A stretch of DNA of 64,000 nt, taken from positions 78,058,001 to 78,122,000 of the forward strand of contig JBNRSN020000006.1 of the NCBI GenBank assembly GCA_051313645.2, read 5' to 3'. Under the pieces are notes generated by a model. The model did no database searches, was not told where the DNA came from, and saw only the letters and a list, made by a program, of their open reading frames with translations. Position 1 is the first letter of the stretch; each line of letters opens with the position of its first letter. This DNA comes from Centroscyllium fabricii (Eukaryota). The translations under genes were made by a program, and so were the position numbers. Of this stretch, positions 1 through 11,115 are shown in pieces.

Positions 1-350
1 TGAATGCTTGGGTCAGTTACAGATCAGAATGCTGGCTTTCATTGTGGAAAGGTCAATTCTGAAGTTGCAAACATTATGGGTCAGTAATAAGTGTAGAACA
101 GATGTTTTCATTAGAACAAAAGCAAAATACTGCGGATGCTGGATCTTAGTGTTGATTTTACTGTTGGATAGATAAGTAAGTGAGTGACCAATGAGGCTCC
201 CTTCTTTAAGGGATTTGTAGTTTTCTGTTGTTCTCCCCCACTCAAACTATCTACAGCTGAGAGAGTGCCAACCTGCTGGCTGTCCTCCATCCTCCAGATA
301 CTGTCCATCAGGATATGTGCAAGAAGTCTCTGGATGACTCTGGAAATATT

Positions 351-1097
351 AGGCCAGAAATCCCGATGCGCGCGGGAGGTTTTTGAGTCGGGCGCTCACG
401 CACCTGAGCTCCGAATTGCAGGGAGCAGCCGTTTCCCGGTGCTACCTGTAATTCCGATGGCATCCAGCGGGGAATCGCGAGCTGCAGCCGGCTGGATCGC
501 GTTCGCCTGGACCTCCGATTTTTTTCCGAGTTTTTTATCGGGGTAAGTATGGAACATTTTACACTTAAAAATATCAGCTGTAAACACCCATTTTTAGCAG
601 GTAAGTCTTTATTTTATAGAATTTAAATATTGTTTTAACAGGTTTTTAATTTTTTTAAACTTTAAAGACAGTTAAGTATTGTTTTAGGTCAATTAAAAAC
701 TTAAAAAAAAAAAAAAATCTAAATTTTTATTTTTTCTTTAAAATAGGTCATTTATGTTAGTTAGAGTATTGTGAAAAAATGTGGTGTTTTTTAAATTTTA
801 TTTTTGTGTTTAGATGTGTTTTTGAAGCTCTTCCTTTTCATAACTTACTCAGATTTCTCCGTGTAAGTTATGAATGGAGGATTGCTTCCATTGATTGGCT
901 CCCTGCAGATCACGTGGTCCCGTGCGATATCTCCCACTAATTACGCCGTTCAGTTGCACCAGCAGGTCGCTTGGAGCTTACAGCAGCTGTACAACTCGGG
1001 ATTTCACATCCCATAATTGCAAAACGGCGGAAGTGCAGGGTAAGTGTACCTTGGAGCCTTGCACTCGCAGGAAGGCTCCAAGGCTAATTTTTGGGCC
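351..1097. mobile_element. Non-autonomous PIF/Harbinger-type DNA element (MITE-like)
   Basis: Imperfect termini aggccagaaat / atttttgggcc, flanked by 3-bp ATT on both sides (348-350, 1098-1100). CpG-rich ends and an AT-rich centre, with no coding capacity. Confidence 0.6.
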
Positions 1098-2626
1098 ATT
1101 CTTTCCTCCTCTGTTGGAAAGCACTTGTGCTTCATTTAGTGACTTAATTATGGAAGCACGCTGAGATAATAAACTCGGCGTGCCAGGGCATCGCGGACAC
1201 AAACCATTGTCTTGACCCTGTATAGTAACTGTATAACCACACTGGGAAGGCCATCTAAATATTTAATTTTGGATCCTTCAGCCTTTCATTTGTGTGAAAT
1301 TTAGATACAGCATTTAAAACATCTTCACTTGAAATGAATTGTGGAGGTGCCTCATGTTAACTCTCCTCAATTCTGATTCATCTGTTTTCAAGTCACCTCA
1401 TTCTGTTAGGAATATTAAAATAGACTTTACGTAATCCCCATGGATGGTGTGAAACCATGTATCAGCTGTGCTAAACTTGAGCAAGTTAGCTGCGTGGGAA
1501 GGATGAAGTGAGACGAGAATGCAAAATTGCCTATTCATGAGCACTTGCATTTTAATTTTGTCATTTATCAAAACATTGCCAAGCGTGACTTTTAAGATTA
1601 TGGTGACACTTCTTGGATAATGTGTTAAAAATTTATTCATATTCTTATGCTGTTTACCACGAAGGAAAAAGAATTACAATGAATCTAAGGATTTATTAAA
1701 GCTCTTGTGAAAATGTTATGATGTTTTCGCTATTGCTTTTTTAAAAAATTAACAAATTGAAGAGTGTCAAATTGAAGAGTGTTTCTCACTGTTAATTTTG
1801 CACTCCTGCAGGTCGTAGCATACTTTTTGCAATTGAGCAAAGTTGTGTATTTTGGTTGAAGTGCCTATTTCTCCATAGTAAGGATGACCGTCCCCTTTGA
1901 GCAAATGAATAAACCATTGAGCAACATCACCGTGTGCTCTGATGCACCGCAACGCATCCTGCTTGTAATCACATGCCCTTGAGAAACTTTAGGGATTGCC
2001 AACTCTCCCTCGGAATTAGTGGAGGGAGACTGTTAACTTATCTTTAAGAACATAAGAAATAGGAGCAGGAGTAGGGCATTTGGCACCTCGAGCCTGCTCC
2101 GCCATCCAATAAGATAATGGCTGATCGTCTACCTCATCGCCACTTTCCTGCACTATTCCCACATCTCTCGAGTCCCTTAATATCCAAAAATCTATCGATC
2201 TCTGTCTTGAAATGACTGAACCTCCACAGCCCTCTTGGGTAGAGAATTCAAAAGATTCACCACCATTTGAGTGAAGAAAAGTCTGCTTATCTCAGTCCTA
2301 AATGACCGACCCCTTATTCTGAGCCTGTGACCCCCTGGTTCTAGACTCTCTTGCCAGGGGAAACATCCTCCCTGCATCTACCCTGTCAAGCCCTGTAAGA
2401 TATTTGTATGTTTCAATGAGATCACCTCTCATTCTTCTAAACTCCAGAGAACATAGGCCTAGTCTACTCAATCTGTCCTCAAAGGACAATCGCCCCATCC
2501 CAGGAACCAATCTGGTGAACCTTCTTTCCACTCCCTCTATGGCAAGTATATCCTTCCTTCGGTAAGGAGACCAGAACTGTACCCAATACTCCAGGTGCAG
2601 TCTCACCAGGGCCCTATATAATTCCA

Positions 2627-2927
2627 AGAAGTCACACAACACCAGGTTATAGTCCAACAGTTTTATTTGAAATCACAAGCTTTCCGAGCGCAGCTCCTTC
2701 ATCAGGTGCATGTAAAGAGATTGATTTAAACACAGCATATATATAGAGGGAGAGAACAATGTAGTCTCTCCAACTGTTCAACATCACAACTCTTTACATG
2801 CACCTGATGAAGGAGCTGCGCTCCGAAAGCTTGTGATTTCAAATAAAACTGTTGGACTATAACCTGGTGTTGTGTGACTTCTTACAATTGTTCACCCCAG
2901 TCCAACACCGGCACCTCCACATCATGG
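2627..2927. mobile_element. Short Penelope-like (PLE) insertion with 93-bp inverted arms
   Basis: 2627-2719 is the reverse complement of 2790-2882 with one mismatch. The insert is flanked by the 13-bp direct repeat ctatataattcca (2614-2626, 2928-2940) and interrupts the CR1 RT frame. Confidence 0.85.
2801..2835 (+). ncRNA. Minimal type-I hammerhead ribozyme motif (PLE pLTR type)
   Basis: cac-CTGATGA-a-ggag(ctgcg)ctcc-GAAA-gctt-gtg: conserved core, stem II, palindromic AGCT stem III and cac/gtg stem I. A mirror copy lies on the - strand at about 2674-2708 with one stem-II mismatch. Confidence 0.8.
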
Positions 2928-4634
2928 CTATATAATTCCAGTAAGATGTCTTTATACTTGTACTCAAATCCTCTTGTAATAAAGGCCAACATACCATTTG
3001 CTTTCCTAATTGCTTGCTGTACCCACATGTTAACTTTCAGTGATTCATATACAAGGACACCCAGGTCCCTCTGTACACCAACATTTCCCAATCTCTCACC
3101 ATTTAAAAAGTACTCTGCTTTTCTATTTTTCCTACCAAAGTGGATAACTTCACATTTCTCCACATTATATTTCATTTGCCATGTTCTTGCCCATTCAATT
3201 AGCTTGTCTATATCCCCTTGAAGCTTCATTGCATCCTCCTCACAACTTGCATTCCCACCCAGCTTTGTATCATCAGCAAACTTGGATATGTTACATTTGG
3301 TCCCCTCACCCAAATCATTGATATAGATTGTGAATAGCTGAGGCCCAAGCACTGATCCTTGTGCTACCCCGCTAGTTACAGCCTGCCAATCTGAAAATGG
3401 CCCGTTTATTCCTATTCTCTGTTTTCTGTCCGTTAACTGATCCTCAATCCATGCTAGTATATTACCCCCATCCCATGAGTCCTAATTTTGTTTAATAACC
3501 TCTTGTGTGGCACCTTATCGAATGCCTTCTGAAAATTTAAATACACCACATCCACTGGTTCTCCCTTATCTATTCTGCTAGTTACAACCTCAAAAAACTC
3601 TTAACAGATTCAGCAAACGCGACTTCCCTTTCATAAATCCGTATTGACTCTGCCCAAGCCTATTATTATTTTCTAAGTGCCCTGTTACCACGTCCTTAAT
3701 AATAGATTCTCGCATTTTCCCTGCTACTGATGGCAGGCTACCTGGTCTGTAGTTCCCCATTTTCTCGCTCCCTCCTTTCTTAAATAGTGGGGTTACATTT
3801 GCTACCTTCCAATCTGCAGGAACAGTTCTAGAATCTATGGAATTTTGGAGAATGACAAACAATGCATCCAATGTCTCTATAGCCCCCTCTTTCAAAACCC
3901 TAGGATGTAGGCCATCAGATCCAGGAGACTTATTGGCTTTCAGTCCCATTAATTTCTCCAGTACTATTTTTTTTTTTACTAATACTAATTTCTTTCAGTT
4001 CCTCATTCTGGTTCTCCACTATTCCTGGGAAGTTTTTTGCGTCTGCTTCTGTGAACATTGACACAAAGGCTGCGAATTTAATGGAGGAGACGGAATTGTG
4101 TGGGAGAGCTGGATTGCTGGTTACGGTCCTGCTCCCAGCTGCATACGCTCTGTAGAGGTCATTTTACCTTGATTGGCCTTGTTAAGCCTGCCCTGCGGGC
4201 TTCCTGGCCAATTAACAGGAAGCGGGTCTGATGACGTGTCATTTGATGACGTCATCAGCTGGTTTCCTTAAAGGGACCACGTCCACATGGAGTTTGATAG
4301 TTCTGTCAGTTTTTGACAGCATTGAGATGCTGCAGACACTGACAACCACTGCACAAAGGTGAACGCTTGCATCCAGGCTCTCCAATGACTCCCTCCATAT
4401 GCTTATGGATGGAGTCGCTGCACGCAGGGAAGTTCTCTTCTCTTCCAAGGGCAGAAGAGATCTTCGCCAGGACACCAACTTAACTTGCGCCTCCACCCAA
4501 CTCTCTCTATCTACTCTATCACTTCCCGTCTCACTAGCCACACCTCACACTCGCCCTCATCCTACTGCAAGCACACCAACTAACACACAAGGGTATGCAC
4601 TTTAGAGGCTTAGCCAATGTCCATGTGAAATTTC

Positions 4635-5041
4635 TCCTTAGGCAGTCCCTCAGAATGGAGGATGATTTGCTTCCACGTTAAAAATTAGTTCTCAGGTGAC
4701 TGATAGTCCAATGCGGGACCTACAGTCTCTGTCACAGGTGGGGCAGACGGTGGGTGAAGGGGTGGGTGGGTGGGATGCTTGGGTTGACATGCGCACCCTA
4801 CACTGTTTGCGCTTGGCTTCCGCTTGCTCCCAGCGAAGAGACTTGAGGTGTTCGGCGCCTTCCCGAATGCTTCTCTTCCACTTTGTGCAGTCTTGGGTCA
4901 GGGATTCCCAGGTGTCGGTGGGGATGTTGCACTTTTTCAAGGAGGCTTTGAGGGTGTCATTGAAGCGTTCCCTCTGCCCACCTGGGGCTCTCTTGCCTCC
5001 GAGTAGAGCGCTTGTTTTGGGAGTCTCATATCGGGCATGCC
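4635..5041 (-). mobile_element. RTE-clade LINE 3' fragment
   Basis: C-terminal peptide KKCNIPTDTWESL...CPTCDRDCRSRIGL, near-identical to 25488-26010. Confidence 0.85.
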
Positions 5042-5850
5042 GTAATGGTTAATGGTAATGTGTTGTCATACAGTGAAATCTATTTTTCCAAAACTGCCAC
5101 CTTATTGGACAGATCTGAGCACGCCTTGAGAATGTCTCAGTGAGTTCCAGTGATTGTTCAGTCATCATTTTTCCAGCCTCCCCCTCCCACCCCCGCTATA
5201 GTATGTGTGCATGAACTGGCTTGGACATTAAAGGGATGCTTCACGCTGCTGGTGTGGAAAGGTGTCAACCTGGCTCATGTGGCAGCCAGGGTTTAAAGTG
5301 TTAAGTGAAGGAAATCTGGCCATGGTGATGCCATCGCTGGCCTCCCAGCCAGCAATGTTGTCTGGGGCTGATGTCCTGTGTCAAGTACAGCATCAGGTGA
5401 TGGCAGAGAAGGTTGGTAATATTGTCGGTGTGCCTGGTGTTGGGGCTGATCGTGGAAGGATTCGGAGGACCACGGTCTGATTGTTTCAATGGCTCCAGTG
5501 TTGCTGCAATAGATGGCAGCTGCAGGTGAGATGACAGAAGCGATCTGTCAATAGTGAGAGAGGTTCTCCCAATGAGGTGGCACTGGACATACAGTTGGAT
5601 CTAAAAATTTGTAAACTAAAGAAATCTCTATGTATAAAAAATACAGTAATCAACAGTTTCTGTGCTCTGAAACTCACCATCTGCAACATGGCATCCTTTA
5701 CACCACTTCTGCAGCTGTCAGCTTTTCACAGACATCAGATTAGACTCAAATCACACCAGGTTGAGCTGGCATGTTCCCCGAACAGCGGGTAATCCGTGGG
5801 GGAGAATGTAAAATTAGAAGTAAGCCTCAAAATAGTCTTAAATTGGCTCT

Positions 5851-6102
5851 TGTAGTGCATGCAGGCCTGAAGAACCACGCTAGAGACAGTGAGATCGGAT
5901 AACACTCATTTAATAGTTTACTCTGCAGGGGCCAGGTAGCGAAGAGACTGAGCCACCTGGAACGGGCATATTTAAAGGGCCCGCGGTTGGTGACGTCACC
6001 ACCGGAAGTCCCGGTGATGTCATCACGTCACCCGATGGGCGGGGCCATGCCCCGCAGTACTCCCGAGGCGGATTCGTTGGTCTTGGTGGGCGTGTCGCCA
6101 CA
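5851..6102 (-). repeat. 3' LTR of the Gypsy element (252 bp)
   Basis: tgtagtgcat...gtcgccaca; matches 10091-10368 except for 4 substitutions and one 26-bp indel. Confidence 0.95.
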
Positions 6103-6171
6103 CAGCTCCCCCCCAGAATCTGTGAGGGAGAATAAAGTAAAAATAAAAAAGGGGAGCATAAAAGATGAGTC

Positions 6172-8382
6172 TCAGGCGAGGCGTTGCGGTGGCCGGATGA
6201 TGCGGCCGGCACGTGTCGTGCGCTGCTCCTTGTTCTGCGTGGGAGTGTGGCCGGGTTTTGGTGCGGTAGGGCGTCCGCGTTTTGGTGGTTGCGCGGGGAC
6301 TGTTGTCTCACCCGCCATTACATGTGCCGGTTTGAGCCGGTCAATCGAGACAGTCTCAGTTCTGTTGCCCATTTTGATTTGAAATGTCTTGGGTCCCGCC
6401 CGAAGCACTCTGTACGGTCCGTCGTACGGTGGCTGTAGTGGTGTTCGATGTGCGTCGTGGCGGACAAACACATATTCGGCGTTCTTGATGCCGTCTGGAA
6501 CACGTGCTGCTGGCTCTCCGTGCCGGGCCACCGGGAGTAGTTTGAACGCCCCTGCCTGATTGTTGAATTCCTTGAGGCACCGGTCGGCTGACCAGGGAGC
6601 ATTGGGTTCTGCGAGGAACTCGCCTGGTACGGTTAGGGGTTGGCCGTAGACGAGTTCCGCCGCTGAGGCGTGCAGGTCTTCCTTGGCCGCTGAGCGTAGG
6701 CCGAGCATTACCCAGGGCAGGCGGTCGGTCCAGGTTGCGTCCTTAAGACTGGCCCGCAGGGAAGCTTTGATGGAGCGGTGGAACCGTTCGCAGAGGCCAT
6801 TGGCCTGTGGGTGGTAGGCGGTGGTTCGGTGCAGGGTTGCCCCGAGGTCGTGGGCGATGGTCGCCCATAGGTTTGAGGTAAATTGGGGGCCCCTGTCCGA
6901 CGTGATGTCGGTGGGTACGCCAAAACGTGCGACCCAGGTGGCGATGAAGGCCCTGGCCAGGTCTGCGGTGGTGGTAGCGGTGAGTGGGACCGCTTCTGGC
7001 CAGCGGGTGCTGCGGTCGACCATTGTCATGACGTGTGTATGTCCCCGTGATGGCGGTAGTGGTCCGACCAGGTCGATGTGGACGTGGCTGAAGCGTCTAG
7101 CTGGGATGGTGAACATTTCTAGTGGTGCCTTGATGTGCTTGTGCACCTTGGCGCGCTGGCAGGCAGTGCAGGCGTTTGTCCAGGCGCGGACATCCTTGCG
7201 CAGGCCGCACCAAACGAAACGTGCCGAAATCAGCTTAGTGGACGCGCGGGCGCCGGGGTGGGACAGGTCATGGAGGGTCTGGAAGATGTGTCGCCTCCAT
7301 GCGTGGGGGACGACGGGTCTGGGCTGCGGGAGGGAGACATCGCAGCGGACCGCTGCGGCTGTGGGCCCGTGTGCTACGGTGGCCAAGTGCAGGCCGGGGA
7401 GGTTGGTAGCTGGGTCGAGCAGATCAGGGTCGGTGAGTTGGTCGGCCGCCAGTTTGGCGTAGTCGACCGCCGTTTGTACCGAGTTGATGGTGGAACGTGA
7501 CAGGCAGTCAGCGACCACGTTGTCGCGGCCGGCGATGTGCTGTATGTCAGTGGTAAACTCCGACACGGCCACGAGCTGGCGCTGCTGCCTGGCCGACCAG
7601 GGTTCGGCGATCTTAGCCATTGCAGACACAAGTGGCTTGTGATCCACGAAGGCTGTAAAGTGGCGGCCCTCTAAGAGGAAGCGGAAGTGGCGCACTGCGA
7701 GGTAGAGAGCGAGTAGCTCCCTATCGAAGGCGCTGTACTTGACCTCCGGGGGCCGGAGTTGCCGGCTGAAAAAGGCCAGGGGTTGCCAGGAGTTGCCTGT
7801 CCACTGCTCGTAGACCGCTCCGACAGCGTGGTCGGAGGCGTCGGTGGTGAGGGGCACTCTGGCGTTGGGCCTAGGGTGGGTTAGGAGCATGGCGTTGGCC
7901 AGGGCGGTTTTGGTTGCGGTGAAGGCGGTGGTGGCTTCGGCCGTCCACTCGACCGCAGCCTTGTTGGACTGCCCGCGGGTGGCTTGATAGAGGGGTGCCA
8001 TGAGAGCGGCTGCTCCTGGGATGAAGCGGTTATAGAAATTAACCATCCCGAGGAATTCCTGCAGCCCCTTGATGGAGTGCGGGCGGGGTAATTCCTGGAC
8101 CGCCTGCACCTTGGAGGGCAGGGGTATGGCCCCGGTCTGGGAAATGCGGTGGCCTAGGAAGTCGATCGTCTCGAGGCCGAACCGACATTTGGAGGGGCTT
8201 AATATAAGGCCGTGTTCGACCAGGCGTTTGAACAGGGTCCTGAGATGGAGGAGGTGTTCCTGGGGGGAGGTGCTGGCCACGAGGATGTCGTTCAGGTAGA
8301 CGAACGTGAACTGCAAGTCCCGTAGGACTGAGTCCATGAGGCGTTGGAATGCCTGGGCCGCGTTTTTAAGTCCGAAGGGCAT
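6172..8382 (-). pseudogene. pol: Gypsy pol C-terminal part: RT (YLND), RNase H, integrase
   Basis: MPFGLKNA, YLND (YxDD mutated), TTDASDHAVG, HDLSH..CTAC zinc finger, HIDLVGP/SDRGPQF/ANGLCER integrase DDE, PYDGPY. Confidence 0.92.
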
Positions 8383-10074
8383 TCGGAGAAACTCGAAACG
8401 GCCGAAAGGGTAATGACGGCTGTCTTAGGGACGTCCGCCGGGTGCACTGGTACCTGGTGGTAGCCCCGTACCAGGTCAATCTTTGAAAAAATCGTGCAGC
8501 CGGCTAGCCTTGCTGAGAAATCTTGGATGTGGGGTACGGGGTACCTGTCTGGGGTGGTGGTGTTGTTGAGGCGGCGGTAGTCTCCGCAGGGGCGCCAGCC
8601 ACCGCCAGGCTTGGGGGCGATGTGGAGGGGGGAGGCCCAGGGGCTGCTGGAGCGGCGGATTATGCCGAGTTGTTCCATGATGTGGAACTCGGTACGCGCG
8701 ATCTCCAGCTTGGCCGGGTCCAGCCTGCGTGCGTGGGCATGGACTGGAGTGCCTGTGGTGGTGATGTGATGCTCCACCCCATGCTTGGCCATCCGGGCTG
8801 TGAAGTTGGGGTTGGTGAGGGCTGGGAACTCCGCGAGGAGCGTGCCGTACGTGTCGAAGTTCCGGGCTCGGCAGTGGGATGCTGCGTGGGCCTGGTGTGC
8901 CGGCCCTGTGGAGCATGGGATGGTCGACATGTAGTGGATGTCGACCAGGCGGCGCCGGGTCACGTCGACCAGTAGGCCGTGGGCGCAGAGAAAATCAGCC
9001 CCGAGGAGGGGTAGTTTGACTTGGGCTGTGATGAAGTCCCCCTGGTACGTGTGGCCTGCTAGCTTGATGGTGAGCTTGCGGGTGCCGTACGTAACTATCT
9101 CGGAGCCATTTGCGGCTTCGAGTGGTGGGCCTTGGGTGCCTTGCTTGGTTTCTGCGGGGGAGGCTGGCACAATGCTGTGCTGCGCGCCTGTGTCGCAGAG
9201 GAAGCGGAGGCCTGAGCCGCTGTCCGTGACGAAGAGCAGTGCTCCAGAGCGGCCTACGGACATGGTGGGGCTTGAGCTGGGTTGGGGTTTGAAGGTGCAG
9301 GGCTGGACGCAGCGCTGCGCTTTAGCTTCAAACCTGGTGTAGTAACACCAGCCGGGGCCTGTTGTGCACGGCTTTTTGCGGGTGCGCACTGGCCTGGGTT
9401 CAGACTTGGGACCGGACCTGGGGTGCGCGTAGTGGTGCTCCGGTGCCGTGGCAGCGGGCTCGCACGTGGCGGCTCGGGAGCGTTCGGCCCTCATAAGCTT
9501 GTCGGCCTCCTCAGCCAGTTGCCCTCCACTGTAGTGGTAGAGGATCGTCAGAGCCGGTCTGATGGAGGGAGGCAGTTTGAGGAGGAACAAAGTGCGCTTA
9601 ATGGTGGCCGGGTCGCAATTGAGCGCTTCCATTTGGGCCCAGAGGTCCGATGGGTCTGCGTCCCCGAGTTCGGGGAGGTTAATGAGCTGGCAGTCGCGCT
9701 CAAACTGGGAGGGGGTGAATTTCTTTAGCAGCGCGGCCTTAAGGAATTCGTACCTGCCAGCGGTTGGTTCGTGCTGTATCGTTGGCCACATTCGGTCGAC
9801 CGTGGTCTGTGATAGGGCCGCGAAGAGCAGGTTGTATCGATCGTCCCCCTGTACGCCATGGATGCGGTAGATGTTCTCCGTGCAGAGGAACCAGGCCGCT
9901 GGTCATAGTTCCCAGAACTCTGGCAGGGTTGGTATTTGGCCGGAGCTCTGGCCCAATCTCTGAAGTCGCGCTGTTTGGCTCCCTGATGGCATGTTGGTTG
10001 GGAGTGTACTGAGGCAGCTTGGCCCTCAGTCCTGCAGCAACTGCTTCATTATGTTCCCTTGGAAGTCGTTCCAA
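8292..10074 (-). pseudogene. gag-pol: Gypsy gag, aspartic protease and RT N-terminus (frameshifted)
   Basis: CYY-TRF..C...C knuckle, FLCDTGA protease, LLGADFL, SSPWASP, WRPCGDYRRLN, KIDLVRGYHQ. A 1-bp loss near 8408 breaks TAVITPFG. Confidence 0.9.
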
Positions 10075-10090
10075 GTATCGAGGTCACCAC

Positions 10091-10368
10091 TGTAGTGCAT
10101 GCAGGCCTGAAGAACCACGCTAGAGACAGTGAGATCGGATAACACTCATTTAATAGTTTATTCTGCAGGGGCCAGGTAGCGAAGAGACTGAGCCACCTGG
10201 AACGGGCATATTTAAAGGGCCCGCGGTTGGTGACGTCACCACCGGAAGTCCCGGTGACGTCATCACGCCGGAAGTCGTGGTGACGTCATCACGTCACCCG
10301 ATGGGCGGGGCCGTGCCCTGCAGTACTCCCGAGGCGGATTCGTTGGTCTTGGTGGGCGTGTCGCCACA
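10091..10368 (-). repeat. 5' LTR of the Gypsy element (278 bp) with CRE (TGACGTCA) and ETS (CCGGAAGT) motifs
   Basis: Direct repeat of 5851-6102 plus an extra ccggaagtcgtggtgacgtcatcacg unit. PBS is adjacent at about 10078-10089. Confidence 0.95.
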
Positions 10369-10624
10369 CTCTTAATAAGCCATTTAAGTAGCTGAATTGT
10401 ATCCCCCGTCGCTTGGTGTTGGTTCAGTTCTCTGCTGACTGACCCAACACCTGGGAGACTCGCATGGAGGCAGGTTGACGGCGGGTTTCCTACCCACTGT
10501 CAATCTTTGCTATTTTGACAGCGAACCCACCCCCTGAGCGCTATTAAATTCGTGGCCAAAGTATTTGTTTAATTTCAATGCCATTTCCTTATTCCCCATA
10601 ATAACTTCTGCTGTCTCAGCCTGT

Positions 10625-11005
10625 AACATAGAGACTAGGAGCAGGAGTAGGCCATTCGAGCCTGCTCCGCCATTCAATGAGATCATGGCTGATCATCCAA
10701 ACCCAGTACCCCGCCCCTACCCTCTCCCCATATCCCTCGATCCCTATTGAGCCTGCATCAACACATATCCCACCCTATCCCCGCAACCCAACATATTTAA
10801 TCCCCCGAACACTAAGGGTCAATTTATCCTGGCCAATCAACCTAACCCGCACATCTTTGGACTGTGGAAGGAAACCGGAGCACCCGGAGGAAACCCACGC
10901 AGACACGGGGAGAATGTGCAAACTCCACACAGATAGTACCCGAGGCTGGATTTGAACCCGGTGCTGTGAGGCAACAATGCTAACCACTGTGCCACCGTGC
11001 CGCCC
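10625..11005 (-). mobile_element. HE1-like tRNA/V-domain SINE, subfamily A
   Basis: Head ggcggcacggtggcacagtggttagc with B box ggttcaaatcc, V-domain gtggagtttgcacattctccccgtgtctgcgtgggtttcctccggg, and a CR1-derived tail. Confidence 0.9.
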
Positions 11006-11115
11006 ACATTTACTTTCGCTAATCTTTTCCTTTTTCCATGCCTATAGAAGCTTTTACAGTCCGTTTTTAGGTTTCTAGCCAGTTTTCTCATTCTATTTTC
11101 ACTTTCTTTATCAAT

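Larger units (their letters stand above)
2046..4067 (-). mobile_element. CR1 LINE, decayed 3' part of ORF2 (RT) plus 3' tail; continues at 10558-11613
   Basis: ORF fragments [50 protein letters not shown]1 tail (cctactcctgctcctatttcttatgttct on -). Confidence 0.93.
5851..10368 (-). mobile_element. Near full-length Ty3/Gypsy LTR retrotransposon, CsRn1/Kabuki-like clade
   Basis: Paired TG..CA LTRs and 4-bp TSD CTCT (5847-5850, 10369-10372). PBS TGGTGACCTCGA resembles the tRNA-Trp complement. PPT at about 6103-6116. Domain order gag-PR-RT-RH-IN. Confidence 0.96.
4068..10557. mobile_element. Decayed PIF/Harbinger DNA transposon hosting the RTE and Gypsy insertions
   Basis: TIRs ggctgcgaatttaatgg / ctattaaattcgtggcc (14/17) with 3-bp TSD AAA (4065-4067, 10558-10560). 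The CR1 sequence rejoins seamlessly across it. Myb/SANT-like remnant SRLSNDSLHMLMDGVAARREVLFSSKGRR at about 4370-4460. Confidence 0.8.

Noticed and set aside
6821-7462. Antisense ORFs over the Gypsy pol
   Set aside because: Expected shadow ORFs of GC-rich coding sequence.
10945-11005. tRNA genes at SINE heads (here and in the other copies)
   Set aside because: A and B boxes only, with no complete cloverleaf; each is fused to a V-domain and CR1 tail.
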